A stretch of 64,000 bases of DNA from the human T2T-CHM13v2.0 reference genome, Homo sapiens: NCBI RefSeq assembly GCF_009914755.1, contig NC_060933.1. One strand, 5' to 3'. Of this stretch, positions 30,000 to 42,805 are shown piece by piece; the first letter of the stretch is position 1, and the number at the start of each line of letters is the position of its first letter. A program made the translations under genes and the position numbers. Below the pieces are notes generated by a model. That model saw only the letters and a program-made list of their open reading frames with translations, had not been told where the DNA came from and did no database searches.

Positions 30000-30900
30000 G
30001 TGAAATCACTACATCTTATTCTCACAACTCTCTTCTTGCCATCAACCCAGTCATCCAAGCCAGAAATCTAGACGTTGTCCTAGAAATTACTTTCTGTTTC
30101 ACGTCATCCCCTCACTATGTCCAATTACTAATGTTTATCAGTTCTAAATCTACATCAACTTTATACACTGTTTTCTGACCAGACCTCTGGTCTAGAGTAC
30201 AGCCACTGCTACTATGATACCGGCCCTCAGTTTATCTTCCCATGCAGTATCTCATGTCTTCTCTCAGCCACATGCCCCATGAACTTCCCCTCTACTAAAA
30301 TGCTTTACTCCTTTTGTAAAATCCTTCAGAAACCAATCCTTTACCTACAGAATAGATTCTAAAGTTCATAGGATAGCATATAAATTCCTCTAGTCTTTGA
30401 TCCCTGCTAAATTACCAGTCTCATCCCTTGTCATACTTCTACCCATTCCTAAAGATTAAGAATCTCTGTATAAAGCTTTCTATATTCTCTCTCCCACCCT
30501 CCATAACTAGAGGTGATTATCCTTCTCTATAAGTATACATGGAAATCCACAGTACTGTAGACAAAACTACTCACAACTCTATCCAAATTGTCACAGTGGA
30601 TTTCAAATGATGGATTACATGTGTTTCCTAAAATATGAGTGGTAAATGAGCTTTATTTCTAATGTGTACTCATTTTAATCAATGTTTAGAAATTGTCTGG
30701 AATCACTGTTGAGAAAGAACTGTTAAGAAACTCAACCTGAGCTGCACCCAAGCTGTATCTACTATTGGAATCAGCAAAGGAACCAGTTATTTGTTATCCT
30801 TGCACTAGACTATGAGTGCTTTAGGGTAAATAAATGTACTTAATTTTTTTAATTCTCAATGCCTAGCATAGTGTCTGACATAAAAGTTTATTGTAAACAG
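30000..30900 (+). mobile_element. Fragmented L2
   Basis: 'ccaagccagaaatctagacgttgtcctag' and tail 'cactagactatgag...gcctagcatagtgtctgacata'. Confidence 0.6.
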
Positions 30901-31059
30901 TAACATCAAGAACTACTCATCACAATCTGTAACTCCACACAAGGAATCCATACTCATTCTTTTCCAGTATAGTAAATACACAATACTTGAGTATAACTTG
31001 CATAACTTTTTTTTCAAGAGGAAATGTTAATGTGTCATTATAGTCAGAGTAACACTTAA

Positions 31060-31250
31060 GGCATTTCAAACACAACACTTATTCCTAGTGGCTGCGTAGA
31101 ATTTTCCTTGGACAATTATTTGACCCTTCTCAAGCTCAATTTCCTCATCAGGAACATAGGGATAATGAAATCTGTCTTGCAAGGTTTCCATAGGGATTAG
31201 AAATAAAAAGCACGATTACATAGTGGGCCCTATGTAAATGATAACTATTA
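31060..31250 (+). mobile_element. MIR
   Basis: Core 'ccttggacaattatttgacccttctcaagctcaatttcctcatc'. Confidence 0.7.
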
Positions 31251-33453
31251 ATATGTGCTATTTTGGTTCACAGCAAATTTCCATGGGGGAAAATGTACTT
31301 TTTAGAATGTAAGAAGATAATTTGACTCCCTCTTAAAAGTCATTTTTCTGTTCAGTTATGGAGGTTGTTTTGTTAGTAATACAGAATCAGTGAATATCAA
31401 TTATATTTATTACATCTTTATTTTGCCATTGCCCTAAGCCCTGAGCTCACATTGCACAGCAGCCTCAAGGATGTTTATTATTATTACTTTTAAGAATCAA
31501 TGAATAATTGATAACAATGAAACACTTTTCCTTTGGGTCACATTTTTATCTACGGATTTTGAAGGGTTAACATTTTTAGCTCTTCTTTTCTTATATTTGT
31601 CATTCTAGCTAATATTTACCAACCCCAAAGGAATTCTAAAAATCCATAAGACTTTTCTAGAATTATTCAAAGAGTTCTTTGAATGCTATGCCATCAAGAA
31701 TGTTCTTCTATGACATTTCCACAGGTCTGGGCTGAACAACATGTAGATATTTATATATGTATATCAAGGCGTTTAGGAGATAAAATGCTGCCATGTTCAG
31801 GCTAGAGACAAGAATTAACAGTGAGCAGAATGACACAGTTAAATCTGATACAAGTCATCCTGTCACTTGTCACCTACAAGGTTCCAAATTTGAATTCTTA
31901 TTTGATCCTATTGGGTGGGTATCATTCTGCTGCAATAAGAAAGCAGAAGGGTAAAAATATTAAGTAACAAGGTCACACAGTATGTTACACAAAAGGAGAA
32001 ATTAACAATACAAACAACAATCATTACCATCAATTTGTGTCCAACATGCTATGTACTCCACAAATCCATAGGCTCTCCGGCGGCACAGCTGAGATCGAAA
32101 CATAGACTTTTCTGATTTCAAAGCTGATGTTTCCCATAACACTTATTTTCCTCTAAAAGTTGATGAGTTTGAAAATCTCAAGCACCTTTGATATTCAAGG
32201 ACTATCCTTCTAATAAGAATCTTCTATCTTCCTCCAATGAGTGCCTCAGCCACCGCCACCCCAGGGTCGCTAGTGCAGTGCCATCTAGATTCTTCTTTCC
32301 ACAAGGATATTGAATTACCTATATGCCATATCAGAGAAAATGCAAGCAAACTTTCTGAGAATGTGCTTTAATTTATGCAAATAACTTCAGTGCCAGATAA
32401 TCTGACATAGAAGCTTATAAATAATGAAACCATACACCCAAAATGTGTATTGCAATGAACAATTAACTCAAAAAAACATTGTCATTGTCTAATCACATCA
32501 GAACAAGAAGCAGATGAATCATAGCTTTACAAGTGTTGCCCTGTCCAGTTAATGAGTGTCTGCAATATTGTTATCATTTTTATTATTTTTATCATTAGGC
32601 ACTTTTCTTGTTTACTTATTTAGTTTTCTCTCCCACCCCCATTTCACCACCAAAACAAATTCTATGACAGTTCTGCTTCTATTTATCCCATCTTAAATAT
32701 TAGGATAATATGGGCCAGAGCAGATTTGAAATAGGACACAAAAATATATCTTCCCTCTAAAAACTGTGGTTGTTCTAAGTGACAGAGAAATGGAAAACAG
32801 GGGAAAATGTCATCAACATATTGCCACATGGATGGGCACATCATGGGGAGAGCTTTTCCCTGTTAAAGATCACCCTGTTAAAGATGATCTCGAGAGCAAG
32901 AACAGTATACCAGAGACTATGACTGAGAAATTATGCACTTATGAGGTAATCAGTAGTAAGTTAAGTAACTGTGCTTCAATAGGAGCAGCTGCTGTGTGAT
33001 TCAGCAATCTAAGAATCAATGAGCCTTGTGTGGAAATGTTCCATAAACAAGACCGAAAGTCTGAGTTATAAATGTAAACAATAGAATGCAATTTCCCTAA
33101 AATATTGACCACCTTTACCAGCTTCCAGTTCCTTTCACAGTTTTCTTGAAAGAGCTGTGATGATTTCACGGGATATCTTTTTACCAAAACACAAGAAAGT
33201 TTTATTTCTTCTATTTCACTTTAAAATTATCCAGTTCAAAAGTAGACTTTCAGGGGAGGATTTTTAAAAAAACAAATAATATACTACCTGTTTCCTTAAA
33301 TATGTACATGGTGTTTGGGGTTTTGACAAGTTTTTCTATTTCTTAGGCCCTCATAGTCTTAGTGAAAGGGTAAAGTTTCATTACTTTATATAAAGACTTC
33401 AGACCTACTAGTCTTAATACTATAAAATAATGAAACTTTATCCTTTCACTAAG

Positions 33454-33533
33454 ACCATTTAATATTTGCAGAGTACAGTTGAGTGCAGGTAACTGAAACT
33501 GCAGAAAGTGAAACTGCAGATAAGGGAGACTAT
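33454..33533 (-). mobile_element. MER44/Tigger terminal fragment
   Basis: 'ggtaactgaaactgcagaaagtgaaactgcagataagggagacta', a CpG-decayed Tigger-type end. Confidence 0.7.
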
Positions 33534-33657
33534 CATATTTTTTAAGTTATAATTAAATACTTAATCACAATTATTCATAATTCCTGTATCTAATGTCCAT
33601 ATAGTTGCCAGGGTACAGGTCTGACAAAGAATTGAAATACTGTACATTTCATCTAAA

Positions 33658-33853
33658 CAGGTATAACCCAACGGAACTTACTGCAATGATGGAAATGTTC
33701 TATTTTTGTGTCATCCAGTATAACAACCACTAGCCACATGTGATTATTGACCACTTGAAATGTGACTAGTGCAACTGAGGAACTAAATTTTAATATCATT
33801 TAATTTTAATTAATTTTTATAGTCACCTGTGACTAGTGGCCATCATACCTAGA
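33658..33853. mobile_element. MER3 (hAT-Charlie)
   Basis: 'ctgcaatgatggaaatgttcta...ccactagccacatgtg...cacttgaaatgtgactagtgcaactgaggaact'. Confidence 0.85.
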
Positions 33854-34307
33854 TCTATGATAATATTCCTCAGCTGCCATATGCAACGTTGTCAATATTT
33901 TGCTAATTCATGAGAAACTCTAAAAGTATGCATTGGAACAAAAAAATAAGCAAGAAAATGGACATTTATCATTTCTGGGAAAGTTACTTCATTATGCAAG
34001 ATCTTTCATGTTCATGCTAACAGAGGAAGACTTGACACATCAATTGATTTGTCTTCTTTATAAAGGTACTTCCATGGCTCAAATAACTCCCACTCTTTGA
34101 AGCAGGGTCTGTCTGTAACATCAGCAGCAGCCCAACCCACAAGCAATTACTACATTTAGAATCAGCCATCTTTTATTTCAAGGACATAGAGTAAAATATG
34201 TGGTGTAGCTTTACTCAGGAGCCTGAATGGTACTAAGCATGAAATTGAATACTTGGGGTTAATGCTAGGTCAAAAGTGGTAGAGGTGTCTCTGTAGCTCT
34301 CAATAAA

Positions 34308-34352
34308 TGTGTGTGTCTGTGTGTGTGCGTGTGTGTGCATGTGTGTGTGTGT
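34308..34352. repeat. Imperfect (TG)n microsatellite
   Basis: Read directly from the sequence. Confidence 0.9.
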
Positions 34353-35329
34353 GAGACAGAAAGAAACATAAAAGTTTCCTCTAAAATGTGGAATCCTGGT
34401 GGATTAGGAACACTGTTGACTAAGTGATAGTGGAATGGTCCCAGGCAAAAAATATTAGAAATTTTCGTGTAATCCTAACGTTATATTCAATCAGCCTAAG
34501 AAGACATTTTTACTTAGAACAAAATAAAAAATGTGTCATAAAGAAAAGTGGCAATATCAGTAAAGTAAAAAGCAGCAGGTAAATACTAGTTTTCACTCCC
34601 ACCCCGCAAATAATGGCATGTTCATTATGGCGGGTGTGCTCAATTTAAATCATTTCCCATGTGTGCTTATATGTGAGCATGATTTGCAAAGCACATAAAA
34701 TAAAGTATAAAGAATTACCAATAAAAAGAGAAGCATATGGAAAAAAGGGAATAAATCAACAATAAAAAAATGTAGGAGGTCAAATCATAGAATTAAAACA
34801 TCACATAAAGTCTAGTGTTGATCACTACTTGGGTTCACTCTGAGGGGCTGGACTGTGTTGCACATAGGTGAGCACTGACACATGCGTACTTGCAGGTAGT
34901 TTCTTTACCAGTTTCACTAGACATGAATACAACCAAATGTCCTCATTCTGTTCTTTTATTGTTCTCACATCCAGAATCTTCATGTGCAGCAAGCTGAAGA
35001 AGGTTTGATTTGTTGTTAACAGCCCCTAAAATTGCCTCAGCCCTGGTCCAGAATGTTCCAGATCAATACCTGATATACAAAGAGGAAGCACAAAGGGAAA
35101 GGAGTCCTCACTGTCCGTTGATAAGGGAAGCTGACGACGCAATCTTCAGAGAGGAAGCCATACACACAAAAGAAAGTTCCATGAGGATCATGCCGGCTTG
35201 TGTTTCCAAAGGGAATTGTCCCCAGGTTTGGCCCCTGTAGAACTCTTCATTATTCTCAAGCCAAGTGAAAACTCCCTAATAGGACTTGAAAAGCTCTTTA
35301 TCCTCTGGTCCCTGCTTATCATTACAAGT

Positions 35330-35995
35330 TCATCTCTCCTACGGCCATATCACTTATTATTTCACCTATTCCAATATACAATTCTCTCTCCCTACCTCCC
35401 ATCCTCATTTCAATACCTTTTGCCCAAGACGTTCCCTTGGCCTGGTATAGTCACCCTCCGCTTCTAACTTCCTTCTCCATTTTCTCTGACTTCTACTTAT
35501 CTTCCTCCAAGCTAGGTGAGGCTTTCTCCTACGTGCCCTCATATACCCAAGATTTTACCTACTGGAGCAGTTATTACTCTCTAAAATAATTTTATGCTTA
35601 TTTGCTTGTATCATCCACTAGGCTAGAATTTCTATTCTAGCAGGAGCCATATCTGCCTTATTCATCACTGTATATCCAGAGCCAGCACAATGTGAAGAAC
35701 ATAATAATAGGAGCCAACTTTTATTACCCACTCAGATGCCAGACAGCAAATTAGCTTGTCTTATCTTCCCTAACCCTACAAAATAGGCACTATTATAATC
35801 TCTGTTTTACAGATGTGAAAACCTGACCACAGAGAAGTTATTAGAAACTTGTCTAACAGTATGTAACTGGTAAGTGGTAGAATTGGGAGTTAAACCCAGG
35901 CATCTTGATTCAGAGGCTATGATCTTAATCACTCTGCTCTGCCATTTCCTAGCACAATGCGTGTTCAATAAATATTTTGAGGGTCAATAAATAAA
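35330..35995 (+). mobile_element. L2 3' portion with an antisense MIR (35700-35945) inserted in its tail
   Basis: L2 tail 'ttcatcactgtatatccagagccagcaca' resumes as 'cctagcaca...gttcaataaatatt'. MIR core 'tctgttttacagatgtgaaaacctga' lies between. Confidence 0.75.
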
Positions 35996-36165
35996 GGAAG
36001 AAGTAAAATCTCAAAATGAATAAGGTTTTGGGCTATTTCTAACATGCATCATGTCCTTTTTAGCACTCCAAGGCATGAACCTTACTCCTTTTCTGATTTA
36101 ATTTCAAGAACTGCAAGTGACAAAACATTTTGGTGTGGGATCATTCTGTGAGGTCATTTGAATTT

Positions 36166-36736
36166 TGTGCAAAAAAAACAAAAAAAAGGAGTTAACATCG
36201 TAGCCAAGATTGCTATCCTTAGAAAGGCCTGCTTGCCAACGTGGCCCTTAGCTGGCATCTGAGAACTTAACTGGTAAACAGTTGTCTACACGGATATAAC
36301 ACTTTCTTTAAATTATGAAAACATCTTACTGTGTCTAAATTGCACATTGTTGCTTATGCTGAATACCTGCCTTCTTTCTGGGAGTCTGAAATTTTGGTGC
36401 ATGCTAGTCAGAGAGTGCCTTTGTGAACAGCTCCCTAAAACTATTGGGTCCTGAGTCTTTAATGAGCTTTCCTGGTAGACAACGTTTCACACATTGTCAC
36501 AAGACACTGCGGGAGGAATTAAGTGTGTCTATTGTAAATCCACCAGGAGAAGCCCCTTGGAAGCATGCACCTAGTTTCCTTCAGACTTTGCCCAAGGGTC
36601 ATTATCCTTCGCTTATCTTGTTTTGTACCCTTTTATTATAATAAATCTTAGCCATAAATACCACTATAAGCTGAGTCCTATGAGTCTTTTTAGCAAATCA
36701 CTGAATATAGAAATGGTCTTGGGGATCCTCAACACA
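36166..36736 (+). mobile_element. Solo ERVL LTR, MER68-like
   Basis: TG...CA ends; start 'tgtgcaaaa...gagttaacat...tgctatccttagaaaggcctgcttgc'; AATAAA near 36641. Confidence 0.85.
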
Positions 36737-36864
36737 GAACCCTTTGTGGGTGCATGAAGCAAGAGAAAAAATAAACAATGGCCAAGGGCTCCAAGTATAA
36801 TTGCTACAAAAGCATAACAATTTCAGTGGGCTTAATCAAAGCGATTCTCCCATTGGAATAAACA

Positions 36865-37105
36865 GAATTCATAAATTTAGACATAAAATCCTGTATTTAA
36901 GGCTGATCCCTGTTAATATTAAGGTAGGTGCTTTTATGCAAATAAGTAATCATCTCAGAGCTCTGTTTTTTTATCTGTAATATGGGAAGAACAATGCCTA
37001 CTTCTTGGAATTACTGTGAAGTTTAGGTGGAGCAACATATTTAAATAACCCTAGGTCAGTGGCTAGCATAAATAATCACTCAGTAAATATGCAATTATTA
37101 ATTCT
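36865..37105 (+). mobile_element. MIR
   Basis: Core 'ctcagagctctgttttttatctgtaatatggg'. Confidence 0.7.
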
Positions 37106-38224
37106 AAGATTCTAAAACATTCTTCAATAAAGTATACCTGTTAAAGATATAATTCATTTAATATGTTAGAATTTAAAATATTTTTGTAAGTTCAACCACA
37201 CGAACCCCCCAACACCCACATATTGACATGCTTTAAAAATAAATATACAAAAAGAACAAATGAATGCAGCTATTTTCCTGACAGTTCATGTAATTATAAA
37301 GCCAAATAACAACCAACAAACTTAGTAGCTTTTGTTCAGGTGCCAGCTACGTGGCTCTCACAAAATGAGAATTTAGCATTTTATTAATCATAAGACAGCA
37401 CTAAATCTACTTCCCACCTGACAGTTTTAAACATGCAGTCAAATGGTGAGTTAATTAAGTGACAGCGTCCACGTTACTCAAGAAGATGAAGCAATAAACG
37501 GCTTCTGTGGCAGATTAAACACCAGAATAAAATTGAGGTGTCTTTGATAAACCACTGGAGAGGTCGCCGGCTACTCTGCTCTCCTAAAATCTGGACTGCA
37601 GCCCCAGAGACCATGAACACCTGCAGATCCGGCAATTACTAAAACAGCTTTCAAGGTGTGGTATATTCAAGCTGAAAGTCAAAGGTGATAATTTCCAATC
37701 AAGCTAATTGCCCTACATTTTGATGACTGTCTGACTCTGAAATGAACACTCCAAAATGCATTCCTCATCTTACAAATGAGAGAATTTGGATGAATGGGTC
37801 ATACTTCATATTAATATCAAGGTTTTGGGAGGCACCTCAGATTCCTCAGAAAATAAAAAGGAGGCTGAACAACTAGACTCTACTCTGTCCACAACCCCCA
37901 CACCCTACCAGCAGCTCCAGTTACATCCCATTTAAGCAACTCATTTCTCAACAAGGAAGGAAGGAAAGAAGAGGGGAGGGAGTAAGGCAGAGAGAAATAT
38001 TGGGCTAGAGAATCTACTATTTACATCTGCCCAATTTCAACCTTCTGTGACTTCAGAGACTGGAGACTTCTCTCCACTCTGCTGTGATAATCTTTCATAC
38101 TACAGGCCCAGCATCTTCCTCAAGGAGACAGTGATCCAATCTTAACAAAAATCATAATTAATGAAGAAAGAAGAGAAGACTGATTAGGATGCAGAGAAAT
38201 AGAGGAGCAAGGAAGAGGAGATGA

Positions 38225-38480
38225 GAACTAACATATATTGTTTCTGCGATTTTTCTGAAAGTTACATGATATATGATACTTTATTCATTTCAACAACATG
38301 TGAATCCATGTAATTTACTCTTTGCAGCAACTCTGCACAGTGTTTTTACTTTGATTTCACAACTGAGTAAATTGAGAGATTAGAAAATTTAAGAAATACG
38401 CTAAAGGTCACAAAGCTAAGTGGCAAAAGAGCAATTTGAATTTAGGATGCTCTGACTTAAACAACCTGAATTCCTTTTAC
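38225..38480 (-). mobile_element. MIR
   Basis: 'aaattgagagattag...aaggtcacaaagctaagtggca...atttgaatttagg'. Confidence 0.65.
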
Positions 38481-39759
38481 TTAAAAAAAAAGATACTTTA
38501 GAGCAGTTATCTCTGGGAAGAAGAATGGGGAGGAGAAACTAAGAAGAGTAACTTTCACATTTTATTATTTAGCTTTTATGTTATTTGAATAATATTTGGT
38601 AAAGACAATGTATTACCATGTTATCCTCATAACTTAAGGAATAAAGAAGAAACAGAATTTTCTGCTTACACCTTTGTATCAGTCTGGCCAAGGACTGTCT
38701 GACAGATTTTAAAACAAATTTCCTTAACAATAGGTTATAAGTCTTCCATTTTCGTATTCAACTTTATTATTAATCTGCTTAGCTAAATCCTGCCCTAAAG
38801 TGTTAACAGTGAATGTGGATTATGGATGGAAGAAATCCACTATTTTCATTCACAAATATTAAGCATCTAAACTCTGCCTCTTCCCTGTGCTCAACCTATT
38901 TTTTTCAGGAGATGTGAGGTGTTTGGTGCTTATTAGGTGACTTTTTTCAGTAATGACATTTATGTTGATACATCTAGGAATTATGTAAAAACATAGTTTT
39001 CTGCCCATCACAGCTCCCTCTAAAAATAGGCATTCTCACAAAGAAAAATCCTCCAATTTTTACTCACGATTGATCTCAAAAATGCAAGATTTCTCAAAAT
39101 GTAGACATTATGGGATTAAAAAAATACACGATTATCTTATTGTCATGATGACAATTCCTAGTACATTATATGTATATATGTGTACTGTCTAATTATATTT
39201 ATCAAAAGGTGTTCATCACATTTTAGTTCAGATGTGCTTTCTCATATAATCTTTGCAGCCGTCTTGTGTTCTTTCAGTCACTGAAGTAACCACCATTTGC
39301 ACCACTGAGCAAAATTAACTATTTTGCTCAAAATCATTGAGTTAGTAAGCAACAGAATTGAACCTTACTTCTAGGTCCTTGGGCTCAGAATTTCATACTG
39401 TATAGCTCAATAAAAAAGCTAAAGTGATTTCAGGTAAAAACGTGGGGGATGATAAGCCATTAACTTCTCAAAGCCCCTTGAATTTAAAATCAGGATGAAT
39501 TGATAATTCATACTATCAAGAAGTTGGCTGATAAAAACATGTAACAATCAGATTGTGGTTGCCTTAGTTAATTATCATATCTAGCAATTGGAATGATAAC
39601 CTGACATTGGAATAGGAATCTATTAATATTGCCTTCTAGCAAGAAAATCAACTTCACAAATATCATAATGATGGCTGATAATTTTTTTCATATCTCACCC
39701 CTTTTGCCTACTTATAGTATTTAGAAGTAGGCATATAACTGAACAAAATATATTTATTT

Positions 39760-40010
39760 TTTCCTTCATGCCACAAATATTTAGTTAGTGTGCTAAATAG
39801 TTCAATCACTTCCTAAAGATACAGAAATGAATTAGACATAGCCCGTGGCCTCAAAGAGCTCACAGCCTCTTGAAGGAGGCTGCCATAAACAGCTTAACTG
39901 CCAAACAGCCAGGGCTACCTACAGTAGGAATCAATAAGCATTTGTGAATGTATCAAATGTGCTGATGAAGTATGTGCTACAGGAGAACAAAGAAGGAGTG
40001 GGAGATTATC
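39760..40010 (-). mobile_element. L2 fragment
   Basis: 'acaaatatttagt...gatacagaaatgaattagacatagcccgtggcctcaaagagctcacag'. Confidence 0.6.
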
Positions 40011-40559
40011 TAGGGCAGTGTTTCCTAAGTGGGTTCTGGAACCAGCCAAGTTTTACTGCATAAGTGTGGCTTATTTTCTGAGTACGTTTCTTAGCTACGT
40101 TCTGCAATTCTGCTCTTTGGCCCCCAGTCACCAGCCTCCATTCCCTAACTGCTGAGACCTACGTGGATAATTTTGAGTTTTCCAAGCTTCAGTGTGGTTT
40201 GAATTAGGAAAGCCTGAAATCCAGGGGTGGAGGTGGGAGGGAGAGGCTTTCTGTTCTTGCTCCTTAACATTCCTATTCCATTTGAATATTTAGCCTAGTA
40301 GGGGAACAGGAGTTATGTACTTATTTCTATTAAGGCAGTAAAAATCTTCCACCTGGAGTGAGCCAAGCGAGAAATACTTGCAACTCCTATATCTAAGGCC
40401 AGTTTTTAAAATCACACTTACGTTGCATTCTGGAGGCAAGCAAGGTAATCACTAAAAGCTGTGCTACAGGATTATAGACTCACTTTTTGAGTCCATACAA
40501 ATATAAGAGGAAGCACACTTTTTCAAAACCACATCTGTAACTTACTGATAGCTTCTCTA

Positions 40560-42805
40560 GACTTCCAGTTGAACAAGGTAGCCAAAGCACATGTGTTCAT
40601 AGCTCTTCTCTCCTCCATCCTAACACTCACTAAACGGAATATAGGAAGTATAATCAAAGCAGGACAAAGAGAACAACAGAAGTCAAGGGAAGCTATTTTA
40701 ACAGATGACAGGTTTCAACAAAATTGGGCTGATGATAACAAGCATAAAATATCAGAGAAATGTTAAAACCTAAGCATTGGCAAGCAAATTCAATACTTAG
40801 GAAACCTGTGTATTTGCGGTCCAATATCTCTGAAAGAAAGGCAAACGATAGGGCTGAAATGGGGTGGGGAGGGCTATTAAAAAACCTGGTAAAAGAACAG
40901 TTAAATGACCAGTTCTTCCCACTCTGCGAAACTGGCCTATGCAGTACCCACATTCCTCAGTGAAAGAGACTGGAGGATCTTCTCTTAAGGAATTAAAGAG
41001 TTTAGAGAAAAGACCTATAGGTACTTACATATAGGGCTCCTACAATAACATACCTGTTAGCCTACAGTAAGACTCACATCTCAACAAGCCTCTTCCACAC
41101 ACAAGTGTTCTATCAACTATTTAATTGTTCACTCTTAAATATGAATGGACAGAAAAAGAGTTCCAGGTATTTGAAGAAAACGTCAAATATTGAAGACAGA
41201 GACTGCAATAGCCAAATAGTAAAAAGAATTCAGAAGAAACAGTTATAATACAGACAACAGGATGAAGAAATGATAATATATTCAAAAAGATAAGAGATTA
41301 TCTGCATCTAACCAAAAAAAAAGAATTTTATATTTTCAAAAAAACATAGAAAACATAAGAAAACTTTCAGAAAGAAAAAAACGACAACATAAATGAAATT
41401 TAATAAAGACATTAGAAGATAAAACTGAGGAATCTCTCTAAAAATCATAGCAAAGAGACAAATGGGAGAGGAAATGGAAAAAATTTGTTAAGGAAATTAA
41501 ATAATCAACACAGCAAGTTCAATGACCAACTTTCCAAAAAGAGAGAACTGCAAAAAATATTATCAAGGAATAATACAAGAAGATTTTTCCAAAGTAATGA
41601 ATATAAGAGCCACACCAAACACACCACCTAGAATTTCAGTACATTTGGAAATTAATTTTCCAAAAAGTTTCTAAAATTATAAAGTGAGTCACACATAAGA
41701 GATAAATAATCATAATGACATAAGACTTGTAGACTAAGACTAGAAACTACAAGTCAACGCCTTCAAAGTTCAGAAAATTGTATCTAAATTAGATTTCCAA
41801 TCAAATATCAATCAAAAATCAGAGTTGACTAAAGATGTTTTCAGATAATCATGTTTTTAAAATGACCCCTCAGAAAATTACTAGAGAATGAAAGGATATA
41901 CCAGGAAAGAATACACGGACTTTCAGAAGGCACAGAAACAACCACAAGAGAGATGAGTAAAATTTTTAGCATGGTGGAAGAGGGGAGCCTCAGCATAATA
42001 TTTATTCACTAGGCATAGGGACTCACAAGCCTTCATGAGAATTCAGAGAGAGAGTTCAGGGGGGAAAACAAATGGAACTGATACATTACTTAATGTATTT
42101 GACCGTATTTAATGGAATTTTACACATTCTTACATAATGTTTGAAGAAAAAAATTAATGATAGGTGTATATAAAACTAGCAACTGGAAAGCTTAGATAAT
42201 TATATACTATGTTTTACAACAATTTCCTTATAAAATGGTTTAGCTGAGGATAATGCTTATGCTTAAAAATTCCAGAAACATCAATATAGGAAAAATGAAA
42301 GAGGAATAGATTAAACTTTTAAATAAAGAAGAAATTTATTATCTCTTAGGAAAGGGGTTTAGTTTAGAGAGGGAATGTCAGGGACTACCATGGACTACCA
42401 GGTTTTCTTTCTTTCTTTTTTTTTTTTTTTTATTTACAGTCTTGCTCTGTCACTCAGGCTGGAGTGCAGTGGCACAATCTTCACTCACTGCAACCTCCAA
42501 CTCCTAGGCTCAAGCAACCCTCCCACCACAGCCACCCAAGTAGCTGAAACCACAGGTGCACACCACCATGCCCAGCTAATTTTTTGTATTTTTAGTAGAG
42601 ATTAGGTTTTACCATGTTGTACAGGCTGGTCTCAAAGTCCTGACCTCAACCAATCCGCCCACCTCAGCCTCCCAAAGTTCCAGGATTACTAAATGGTCGT
42701 GAGCCACTGCACCCGGCCAGGGATCTACCAGCTTTCCTAATGTGCCTTGGGCAAGTGTTTGATTTTCTAAACTATAAAATTGTACTATTTCAATTAAAAA
42801 AAGAA
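40560..42805 (+). mobile_element. HAL1-like (half-L1) or very old L1 ORF1 remnant, interrupted by an Alu
   Basis: A-rich degenerate ORF1-like stretch at 41150-41900; 'aaatggaactgatacattacttaatgtatttg' recalls HAL1; no ORF2 follows. Confidence 0.6.
42403..42717 (-). mobile_element. AluJ-like
   Basis: Diverged Alu with 'ctcctaggctcaagcaaccctcccacc'; imperfect TSD 'gga(t)ctaccag'. Confidence 0.93.

Noticed and set aside
32250-32292. CTCF-like half motifs in a small GC patch
   Set aside because: Neither aligns over the full core; the CCA part is missing or out of register.
35684-35959. AGCACAATG on both sides of a MIR as a preserved ancient TSD
   Set aside because: The L2 tail itself contains two similar AGCACA/GGCACA units, so the duplication is ambiguous.
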